NCBI GenBank assembly: GCA_036522515.1
Contig: DATDFQ010000057.1
Span: 5,175 to 69,174, forward strand
Origin: Bacteroidota bacterium
Lineage (GTDB): Bacteria; Bacteroidota; Ignavibacteria; UBA10030; SZUA-254
DNA: 64,000 nucleotides
Direction of reading: 5' to 3'
Shown here piece by piece: positions 56,349 to 64,000 of the stretch; position 1 is the stretch's first letter; each line of letters opens with the position of its first letter. A program made the translations under genes and the position numbers. A model generated the notes under the pieces. It did not search any database, had not been told where the DNA came from, and saw only the letters and a list, made by a program, of their open reading frames with translations.

Positions 56349-56428
56349 TGTCATCCTGAGGGAGCGGAGCGACCGAAGGATCTCCTCTCCATCGAGCACG
56401 GAGATCCTTCGCTTCGCTCAGGATGACA
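56349..56428. repeat. TGTCATCCTGAG-family inverted REP pair
   Basis: TGTCATCCTGAGGGAGCGGAGCGACCGAAGGATCTC ... GAGATCCTTCGCTTCGCTCAGGATGACA. Confidence 0.9.
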
Positions 56429-56437
56429 ATATCCCCC

Positions 56438-56466
56438 TTGATTTCATACTCCCTTCTCCGTATATT
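56438..56466 (+). promoter_or_regulatory. Putative sigma70 promoter of the S9 peptidase gene
   Basis: TTGATT-N17-TATATT. Confidence 0.45.
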
Positions 56467-56490
56467 TTCGTTCACTTATTCGCCATCCCC

Positions 56491-58662
56491 ATGAACCTGC
56501 GGACTTCCGTCGCTCTCATTGTTCTCTGCGCCTTCGGCTCCGCCGCGTTCGGGCGCCAGGGCTCCGCCCCGCCGCTCCCCTTGAAGCGGATTTTCTCCAA
56601 ACCTTCCCTCCCCGGTTCCCGGCCCTCCGATCCAAAATTGTCCCCCGACGGGAAGCTCCTCCTATACAGGTGGGACAGCACTGCCAGGGGAAACTCCCGC
56701 TGCTGGATGCAGGTTCTCGACAGAAGCCTTTCAGAAAAGGCCCCGAACAGACCGGTCCCCCGGATGATCGCCGATACTCTTCTCGGTGAAATCGAATGGT
56801 CCCCCGACGGAAGAACGATCGCCTGCACGCGCAAGGGAAGTATCTTCCTGACCGACACGGGCTTTCAGTCTTTTCAGCGGCTGACAAAATCGGAAGCCGG
56901 GGAAAACTCCCTCCGCTGGTCGGCCGACGGAAAGATGCTGTTGTTCGCATCCGACGGCAAGCTCATGGCGATGACCATGGGCCAACCGGGGTATTCCGAG
57001 ATCGCAAAACCGGCCGGGAAGGACGTCGGGCTCGGTTTGATCGACCTGTCACCCGACAATCGCCGCGTACTGTTCGCGGAGACGAACCGCGAGGGGCTTC
57101 CGGACTTCATTCTCCCCAGGTACACGGGCAAAGAGGTTTCGACGAACTCCTTCAAAGGGGGGGTAGCGAAAACCCGCATCGGAATCGCTCCGACAGACAC
57201 CGGCAAAGTTGTCTGGGTGAAGCTCCCCGGCGACGAGCGCTTTTTCCTGGGCGACGTCGCACTTTCGCCGGACGGCAGGCGCGCGTTCGTCGAACGGTTC
57301 AGCTCGAACCATAAGAAGCGGGAAATCTATCTCGCCGACACCGATAGCGGCGGCGCGCATCTCATTTATGAAGAAACGGATCGGGCGTGGGTGGAGGGCG
57401 GGCTGGCCACGACGCGATGGATGCCGGACGGAAAGCGGATCGTCACCACCAGCGAGAAGGAAGGCTGGAATCATCTCTACACGATGACGCCCGACGGGAA
57501 GGACCTCCGGAGGGTGACCGGAGGAGCGTGGGAGATCCACTGGTTCGACCTCGATCCTTCGGGGGAGCGCGCCTATATTCTCGCGAACAAGGACGACCTG
57601 CACCAGTGGCAGCTCTACGCGGTCGAATTCCGCACAGGGAAGACCACGCGCCTCTCCGGTCGGGCCGGCACGTACGAAAATCCTTCGATGTCCAAAGACG
57701 GGCTCCTCATCGTCGCGCAGTATTCCGACTTCGGGAAACCGTCGGAACTGGTTTCCATTCCTGCGGGAAAACCCGCTTCGACGGGGGATGCGGCCACGGA
57801 CGGCGCAGGCGCCGTCCACGAAGTCCAGTTGACCCAATCCGTGCCGGCCGAGTTCACAAGTTCCCGCTGGGTGATTCCGGAGATCGTCCATTTCAAGGCG
57901 AGGGACGGGAAATCGATCCCGGCGATGATTTACAAACCGCCCGATTTTTCGCCCGCGAAGAAGTATCCCGTCGTGGTCTTTGTCCACGGCGCCGGGTATC
58001 TCCAGAACGTCTACCGCGGATGGAGTTACTACTACCGGGAGTATATGTTTCACCACCGGCTGACGCAGCTCGGTTTTGTCGTCTTCGAGGTCGACTACAG
58101 GGGGAGCGCGGGCTACGGAAGGGATTTTCGCGCCGACGTTTACCTCCACCTCGGGGGGAAGGATCTCGACGACGAGCTCGACGGTCTTGAATATCTCAGG
58201 AGTTTGGGGTATATTGACTCTTCGCGCGTCGGAATGTACGGAGGAAGTTACGGCGGCTTCATGACGTTGATGGGGCTCTTCCTCTCCGACAAGTACGCGT
58301 GCGGAGCGGCGCTGCGTGCGGTCACGAGCTGGGAAAATTACTACCGGCATAACTCGTGGTACACGGAGGCCCGGCTCGGGAAGCCCGAGGATCAGCCCGA
58401 AGCGTACAAGATCAGTTCGCCGCTGACGTACGCCGACAGCCTGAAGCGTCCGCTCCTGATCCTGCACGGAATGGTGGACGACAACGTTTTTTTCCAGGAC
58501 GCCGTCCAGTTGATCGCGAAGTTGCAGAAATCGGAAAAAAAGTTTGAAACGATGGTCTATCCCGATGAGGCTCATGCCTTCAACACCCCCGAAAGCTGGT
58601 ACGACGAGTATTCGCGGATCGAAGAGTTTTTTCTGCGGCACCTCCGGAAAGCGGACCAGTAG
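56491..58662 (+). CDS. S9 family peptidase (dipeptidyl peptidase IV-like)
   Basis: Signal peptide, propeller repeats, YGGSYGG, HGMVDDNV, YPDEAH catalytic triad motifs. Confidence 0.92.
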   Translation: MNLRTSVALIVLCAFGSAAFGRQGSAPPLPLKRIFSKPSLPGSRPSDPKLSPDGKLLLYRWDSTARGNSRCWMQVLDRSLSEKAPNRPVPRMIADTLLGEIEWSPDGRTIACTRKGSIFLTDTGFQSFQRLTKSEAGENSLRWSADGKMLLFASDGKLMAMTMGQPGYSEIAKPAGKDVGLGLIDLSPDNRRVLFAETNREGLPDFILPRYTGKEVSTNSFKGGVAKTRIGIAPTDTGKVVWVKLPGDERFFLGDVALSPDGRRAFVERFSSNHKKREIYLADTDSGGAHLIYEETDRAWVEGGLATTRWMPDGKRIVTTSEKEGWNHLYTMTPDGKDLRRVTGGAWEIHWFDLDPSGERAYILANKDDLHQWQLYAVEFRTGKTTRLSGRAGTYENPSMSKDGLLIVAQYSDFGKPSELVSIPAGKPASTGDAATDGAGAVHEVQLTQSVPAEFTSSRWVIPEIVHFKARDGKSIPAMIYKPPDFSPAKKYPVVVFVHGAGYLQNVYRGWSYYYREYMFHHRLTQLGFVVFEVDYRGSAGYGRDFRADVYLHLGGKDLDDELDGLEYLRSLGYIDSSRVGMYGGSYGGFMTLMGLFLSDKYACGAALRAVTSWENYYRHNSWYTEARLGKPEDQPEAYKISSPLTYADSLKRPLLILHGMVDDNVFFQDAVQLIAKLQKSEKKFETMVYPDEAHAFNTPESWYDEYSRIEEFFLRHLRKADQ

Positions 58663-58674
58663 GCCGGCACTACG

Positions 58675-60438
58675 ATGACCTATCTCGTTACTGCGCGCAA
58701 ATGGCGCCCGATGGCGTTCGAGGATATCGTGGGCCAGGCCCACGTCGCGAAGACCCTCCGCAACGCGATCGCCACCAACCGCCTTTCGCACGCCTACATT
58801 TTCAGCGGCCCCCGCGGGGTCGGCAAGACGACCGCCGCACGGATCCTCGCGAAAGCGGTCAACTGTCTGCACCCCGTCGACAACAACCCCGACAACACCT
58901 GCGAGATTTGCACCGAGATCACCGAGGGACGCAGCCTGAACGTCTTCGAGATCGACGGCGCGTCGAACCGGGGCGTGGACGAGATCCGCAACCTCCGCGA
59001 GGCGGTCCGGTACGGGCCCGCGAACGGCAGGTATAAGGTCTACATCATCGACGAAGTCCACATGCTCACCAAGGAAGCCTTCAACGCGTTGTTGAAGACG
59101 CTCGAGGAGCCTCCTTCCTACATTATCTTCATCTTCGCGACGACGGAAATCCACAAGGTTCCGCTGACCATTCTTTCCCGATGCCAGCGGTTCGATTTCC
59201 GCAGGATCGCGACGGAAGAGATCATGGGGCGCCTGAGGTTCATCGCCGGCCAGGAGAAGATCACGATCGGCGAGGACGCGCTGTTTGTCATCGCGAAACG
59301 GAGCGACGGATCGATGCGCGACGCGCAGAGCATCTTCGACCAGATCGTGTCGTTCTGCGGCGACACGATCGACACGGCCGAAATGGTCCGGATGTTGAAT
59401 GTGGTGGACGAGGAAATCTATTTCCGCACGACCGACGCCGTCAGATCGAAGGACGCGCCCGGGGCGTTGGCGCTGATCGAAGAAATCACGATGCGGGGGT
59501 ACGACATCCGTGAATATCTCGCCGGCCTCATGGAGCACCTGCGAAATCTTCTCGTGGCCTCCACGGTCGGCTCGGCGCGCCTGATCGAAACCTCCGAATT
59601 CTATAAGAAGAAATACGTCGACGAGGCGGCATCGTTCTCTCCGTCCGATTTGCTCAGGCTGATCAAGATCGCGGCCGACACCGATACGGCGATCCGGTGG
59701 AACCAATCGACTTCCGGCGGACGGTTCAAACTCGAGATCGGATTGCTTCAGATGGTGAGGCTCGACCGGAGTGTGCAAATCGGGGAATTGCTCGAGCAGC
59801 TCGAGGGATTAAAAAAAAAGCTGGCGGCGGGAAATAGCGATAGAGAGCCTTCGCCGGTGCAGAAAGCCGCCCCTCCGGCGATCGCTCCCGCGATCAGAGG
59901 GAGCGTCAAAGCCTCTCAGCCAAGCCTGCGGCCCGAACAGATCGTCCTTCCGGCGGCCCCGGTCCCTGAAATTATCCCTGCTCTGACCGGCCAACCCGCT
60001 CTTTCCATGACCCCCGTCGCGCGGCCGCTCCCCGCGGAGAGCCCGGCGGCCGACCGGATTTCGATCGACGAGGCCCAGGCGAAATGGCCGGCCCTGGTCG
60101 CGGAAGTGTGCAAGAAACGAATCGCCGTCGGGACGATGCTGGGTGAAACGGCCCTGGTCGGAGTCGGCGGCGGCAGCCTCAAGATTTCCTGCCCCGACGA
60201 TTTTCACCTCGACCAGTTGATGCGCAATCGCCAGTTCATCACCGACCTTGCGCAGAATATCTACGGCGCGAAGGTCCGGCTCGATACCATCCTGGCAAAT
60301 GCCCGGTCCCGTGAGTCCACCGCTCCGGCACATACTGCTGAAACGAAGCCCTCCGAACAACCCGCCTCAGCCACCGTCGGCGAGCACCCCATCGTCCAGG
60401 CCCTCATACGGGAGTTCGGCGCGAGGGAAATAAGCTAG
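58675..60438 (+). CDS. dnaX: DNA polymerase III subunit gamma/tau
   Basis: ARKWRP..F.DIVGQ, GPRGVGKTT, EIDGASNRGVDEIR, IIDEVHML, FNALLKTLEEPP, TILSRCQRF, DGSMRDA. Confidence 0.97.
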   Translation: MTYLVTARKWRPMAFEDIVGQAHVAKTLRNAIATNRLSHAYIFSGPRGVGKTTAARILAKAVNCLHPVDNNPDNTCEICTEITEGRSLNVFEIDGASNRGVDEIRNLREAVRYGPANGRYKVYIIDEVHMLTKEAFNALLKTLEEPPSYIIFIFATTEIHKVPLTILSRCQRFDFRRIATEEIMGRLRFIAGQEKITIGEDALFVIAKRSDGSMRDAQSIFDQIVSFCGDTIDTAEMVRMLNVVDEEIYFRTTDAVRSKDAPGALALIEEITMRGYDIREYLAGLMEHLRNLLVASTVGSARLIETSEFYKKKYVDEAASFSPSDLLRLIKIAADTDTAIRWNQSTSGGRFKLEIGLLQMVRLDRSVQIGELLEQLEGLKKKLAAGNSDREPSPVQKAAPPAIAPAIRGSVKASQPSLRPEQIVLPAAPVPEIIPALTGQPALSMTPVARPLPAESPAADRISIDEAQAKWPALVAEVCKKRIAVGTMLGETALVGVGGGSLKISCPDDFHLDQLMRNRQFITDLAQNIYGAKVRLDTILANARSRESTAPAHTAETKPSEQPASATVGEHPIVQALIREFGAREIS

Positions 60439-60859
60439 TTGTATCACCCTCTCTAATAGAGAGAAGCAATTTCGGTTTTTCCAGTCACTCTCGCGCCCAC
60501 CTCGATTTCTTCCGCCCCCCCGTCAGGCCCGGCTTCAATTTGATCGGGTAAATCGTCATTTCAGTGACCTGTATCACAAATTTCGAACGCCGCTCCCAAT
60601 AAATTTGGGTACCGACTCGCGGAGGGCGCGACTCACTCTTTAGTGAGTTTGATTGTTGGGAGACCACCTCGGTCTCAATTCCGTTCTCTCCCTCAAGCAC
60701 AGTCAGAAAGTTTGATCCACTAAGGCAATTTTCCCTCTTCGCGGCATTCGTCTGACCTTTTTCAGATGAGGTGTCTCCGCGAAGATTAAACCAACAAAGC
60801 TCAAATGTGATTTGGGTGCTTCATTGACCTTGTCACGTTACGATGGAAGGGCTCAAGAC

Positions 60860-63800
60860 ATGAATACTTGTAGACGATTTTGTGGCTCTCTTTTTGTTCT
60901 AACCGTCCTCGCCGCCATTTTCACTTCAGCGGCATTTCCTCAGGCCACACTCACCAGCAACAAATCGGATTACGCTCCGGGGGACACAGCGGCGCTTACG
61001 GGCTCGGGTTTTTCAGCAGGTGAAAGTGTCCAACTGCTGGTCGGGCACGCCGACGGCACGTTTGACAACGATACAAGCACCGCACACCAGCCGTGGCAAG
61101 TGACTTCCGATGAGAACGGTTCCTTTGAGACAACCTGGATCGTCCCACCCGATCAGGACGAGGCTGGTGCATTTCTCAAAGCAACCGCAGACGGGCAGAC
61201 GTCCGGTTTGCACGCGGAATTATTCTTTACGGATAATGTTTCCGTAACGAACGGCTCCGGGGGAGCGCCCGGCGCGGGGGGGACGAATCTCTCCGCCGAT
61301 CTCGCGGCAAACGGCGCGGCGCAGGCATACACGACGCTGGGCAACATCGTCATTACCGAACAATCGAACGGCGATTTCGCCAATTCCAGCGGCGCAAGCA
61401 GAACGTTGATACTTACCGCTCCGAGCGGGTGGCGGTTCAATGCAGGCGTGGGGAATGTGGCCGCGGCAAACAGCAAAGATATCGTCAACGGCAGCGAGAG
61501 CATTGTGATCGGGTCTACAACCCTGACAGTTACCTTCGCGGTCAACGGCACCAGCAAAACCGACGTTCTAACCATCAGCGGCATCCAGGTACAGGCGACT
61601 GACGGCGGAGCCATTCCATCCTCCGGGAGTATCTACCGCGACACGACCAACCGGGGCACTGAGAGTATCGCAGGCATTCTTTCAACTTCGAACACCAGCG
61701 GATCGGGCGGAACCAACTTCGGCTCCCTCTCTCAGGCAGTCGGTGCCCGGCGTCTCTATACCGTTTTGCCCGCCCAGACATTTACAGACGCAGCGACTCT
61801 TCCCGGAAGCGGCATCACAGGAACTCCCACCAACCAAACTGCCGGAGTCTCGTTCAACCTCACGAGTCTTGTGGTTGCAGATCGTGAATTCAACATTGAC
61901 AACTCTTACGGGAGTGCAAGTCCCAAGACCATTTCCTACAGCGGACCGGGCGGCACCCCGACTTATACCACCTCCGTAACGTTTCCGGCCGGGAGCGGCG
62001 TTTCAACCACGACGCTCGCCACAACGCTGAGGAAGGCGGAAACAACGGCAATCACCGCCACGGACGGCACGGTAACCGGTTTGGCAAGTTCAAATTTCAC
62101 AGTCAATAGCAACACTGTCACCAAGCTCCAAATACTCCTGCCCGGCGAAACGGCTGCGCCAGGCACGACCACGGGGCCGACCCCGGGCAAGACCGGCACA
62201 CCCACGACGCAGACGGCGGGCACAGCGATCAGCAGCGGCATCATCGTCAATGCGGTGGACGATAATTGGAACCGCGTCAACAGCTCCAATCCTGATGTCA
62301 CGATCACAAGCTCGGATGCCGGCGCGGTGATCTCCGATGATAACGGCGCGACGGCGGGCAACATAACCTTATCGGGCGGAACCGACACGTTGGCCAGTTT
62401 CAATTTTCAAACCCCGGGCACTCAGACTGTCACATCGACCGACGCTGCTGCCACACTCTCCGCAAACACCAGCGCAAATATCACCGTAAACAAGGCCGCA
62501 TCTGCCACGACAGCCGGTTCATCGGTTAATCCCTCTGTTTTCGGCCAGCTTGTTACCTTCAGCACCACGGTCAGCGGCACCATCGGAACCCCAACCGGAA
62601 CGGTCACTTACAAAGATGGTGGGACCACAATCGCGACGAAATCGTTAAATGGATCGGGACAGGCTACATTCGACACAAGCGGTTTGGTGGCCGGCTCGCA
62701 TTCGATCACGGTGACGTACAATGGCGACTCCAAATACCTCGCGAGCATTTCGTCCGCAGTTAATCAGAATGTGAATAATGCGAACACTACGACCGGCCTG
62801 ACGTCATCCCTCAACCCGTCATGCTCCGGCCAGTCAGTGACGTTTACCGCCACCGTGACACCCGTGGCGCCGGGTGGCGGTACGCCGGATGGCAATGTCG
62901 ACTTCAAGGATGGCACCACGGTTATCGGCAACAACATCGGGCTGAGCGGAGGGCAGGCAACCTTTACTACCTCTGCCCTTTCGGCGGCGGCCCATTCGAT
63001 GACGGCCGTCTACAAACCGCTTGCCCAAAGCAGCTTCAATGCCAGTACGTCGACAGTAGTGACGCAGACGGTTAATGCCACCCCAAGCGCGAGCATTACC
63101 GCCGCCTCAAATGTCTGCGCCAACGCGATCGGGAACGTTGCCTCAGTGCCTGATGCCGGGGTCGGCGCCACCTATTCCTGGTCGATCACAGGAGGCACCA
63201 TCACTGCTGGATCCGGGACGAACAGCATTACGTATACCGCGGGGAGCGTCTCGCCTGTGACAATCAAGGATACAGTATCCAACACAAGCGGCTGCACTGC
63301 GAGTTCATCACTCACGGCGACGGTGAATCCTAATCCGACGGCGAATGCGGGAACGGACAAGACCATTTGCAGCGGAGGTTCCACTGCGATTGGCGGCAGT
63401 CCGACCGCCACCGGAGGCACTTCGCCCTACACCTACAGTTGGAGTCCTGCAACCAACCTTAGCAGCTCGACGGTGGCGAATCCCACGTCCTCTACGACGA
63501 TTACCAGGACCTACACGGTCACCGTGACAGACTCCAAGGGCTGCACATCGAGTTCTTCGATGACTGTGAACGTCAATCCAAGCCCGACAGTTTCGGTAAA
63601 CAGTGCGGAAGTTTGCTCGGGAAATTCAGCCACATTGACCGCAACACCGAGCGGCGGTACAGGCGCCGTTACGTACGCCTGGAGTACCGGGGCGACAACA
63701 TCGACAATCAGCAGAAGTACGGCAGGCACCTACAGCGTAACGGTGACTGATACGAAGGGGTGTACTGGCTCAGGCTCCGGCACACTTACGGTCGATCCGA

Positions 63801-64000
63801 ATCCGACGGTCACAGTCAATAATCCGTCTGTGTGCCAGGGAAGTTCAGCAACGCTAACGGCGACGCCGGCAGGCGGAACAGGTTCGAAGACGTTCGCGTG
63901 GAGCACCGGCGCCACGACGTCAACGATCAGCACGGGCACGGCTGGCACCTATTCGGTGACGGTCACCGATACAAAGGGGTGTACGGGCTCCGGCTCGGGC
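60860..64000 (+). CDS. Giant secreted surface protein or adhesin with Ig-like repeats (runs off the right edge)
   Basis: Not in the ORF track (no stop in the window). Hand translation from ATG 60860 is open to 64000. Signal peptide; ATLTSNKSDYAPGDTAALTGSGF; two group-3 Ig-like domains at about 62490-63075; Cys-pair PKD/SprB-like repeats after that. Confidence 0.88.
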   Translation, partial: MNTCRRFCGSLFVLTVLAAIFTSAAFPQATLTSNKSDYAPGDTAALTGSGFSAGESVQLLVGHADGTFDNDTSTAHQPWQVTSDENGSFETTWIVPPDQDEAGAFLKATADGQTSGLHAELFFTDNVSVTNGSGGAPGAGGTNLSADLAANGAAQAYTTLGNIVITEQSNGDFANSSGASRTLILTAPSGWRFNAGVGNVAAANSKDIVNGSESIVIGSTTLTVTFAVNGTSKTDVLTISGIQVQATDGGAIPSSGSIYRDTTNRGTESIAGILSTSNTSGSGGTNFGSLSQAVGARRLYTVLPAQTFTDAATLPGSGITGTPTNQTAGVSFNLTSLVVADREFNIDNSYGSASPKTISYSGPGGTPTYTTSVTFPAGSGVSTTTLATTLRKAETTAITATDGTVTGLASSNFTVNSNTVTKLQILLPGETAAPGTTTGPTPGKTGTPTTQTAGTAISSGIIVNAVDDNWNRVNSSNPDVTITSSDAGAVISDDNGATAGNITLSGGTDTLASFNFQTPGTQTVTSTDAAATLSANTSANITVNKAASATTAGSSVNPSVFGQLVTFSTTVSGTIGTPTGTVTYKDGGTTIATKSLNGSGQATFDTSGLVAGSHSITVTYNGDSKYLASISSAVNQNVNNANTTTGLTSSLNPSCSGQSVTFTATVTPVAPGGGTPDGNVDFKDGTTVIGNNIGLSGGQATFTTSALSAAAHSMTAVYKPLAQSSFNASTSTVVTQTVNATPSASITAASNVCANAIGNVASVPDAGVGATYSWSITGGTITAGSGTNSITYTAGSVSPVTIKDTVSNTSGCTASSSLTATVNPNPTANAGTDKTICSGGSTAIGGSPTATGGTSPYTYSWSPATNLSSSTVANPTSSTTITRTYTVTVTDSKGCTSSSSMTVNVNPSPTVSVNSAEVCSGNSATLTATPSGGTGAVTYAWSTGATTSTISRSTAGTYSVTVTDTKGCTGSGSGTLTVDPNPTVTVNNPSVCQGSSATLTATPAGGTGSKTFAWSTGATTSTISTGTAGTYSVTVTDTKGCTGSGSG
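63575..64000 (+). repeat. Intragenic 219-bp (73-aa) tandem repeats
   Basis: VC.G.SATLTATP.GGTG...AWSTGATTSTIS..TAGTYSVTVTDTKGCTGSGSG occurs twice, offset 219 bp (63680 vs 63899). Confidence 0.85.

Noticed and set aside
60519-60545. GTCAGGCCCGG near dnaX resembling the SRP RNA (ffs) core
   Set aside because: The required GGAA/GNRA loop and AGCAG partner strand do not follow.
1-64000. tRNA, rRNA, tmRNA, RNase P RNA, integrase or IS transposase genes
   Set aside because: None was recognised in the intergenic regions or ORFs by eye; a tRNAscan or Infernal run would be needed to exclude divergent copies.

Overview
GC-rich core-chromosome segment of an FCB-group bacterium. An Ignavibacteria/Chlorobi-like lineage is inferred from type IX secretion (T9SS) genes combined with canonical sigma70-type promoters and Shine-Dalgarno use. 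Housekeeping genes: moxR, argS, rsfS, glmU-like, panC, rocF, accD, tsaB, tsaE, lptF, lptG, gmhB, glyA, tatC, polyprenyl synthase, trmH-like, dnaX. These are interleaved with T9SS genes (porX, sprA, porV, porU), a porV-linked operon of uncharacterised envelope proteins, a tonB-ompA-TPR-barrel operon and, at the right edge, a giant Ig-repeat surface protein. Intergenic spaces carry at least four families of REP-like palindromes. The most striking item is at 28.6-29.35 kb: a small GIY-YIG nuclease gene enclosed by the same left/right pair of CGTC-tagged hairpins that occurs empty at 18.4 kb and 38.7 kb. This suggests an autonomous/non-autonomous element pair with a GIY-YIG enzyme in the role that RAYT plays for GTAG REPINs. 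Other highlights are a promoter-to-terminator structured RNA upstream of porU (6S-like or attenuator), an A9G slippage site in dnaX, and an M6 protease homologue lacking its zinc motif. No rRNA, tRNA or CRISPR array was seen. All product calls come from motif recognition by eye; no database searches were run.
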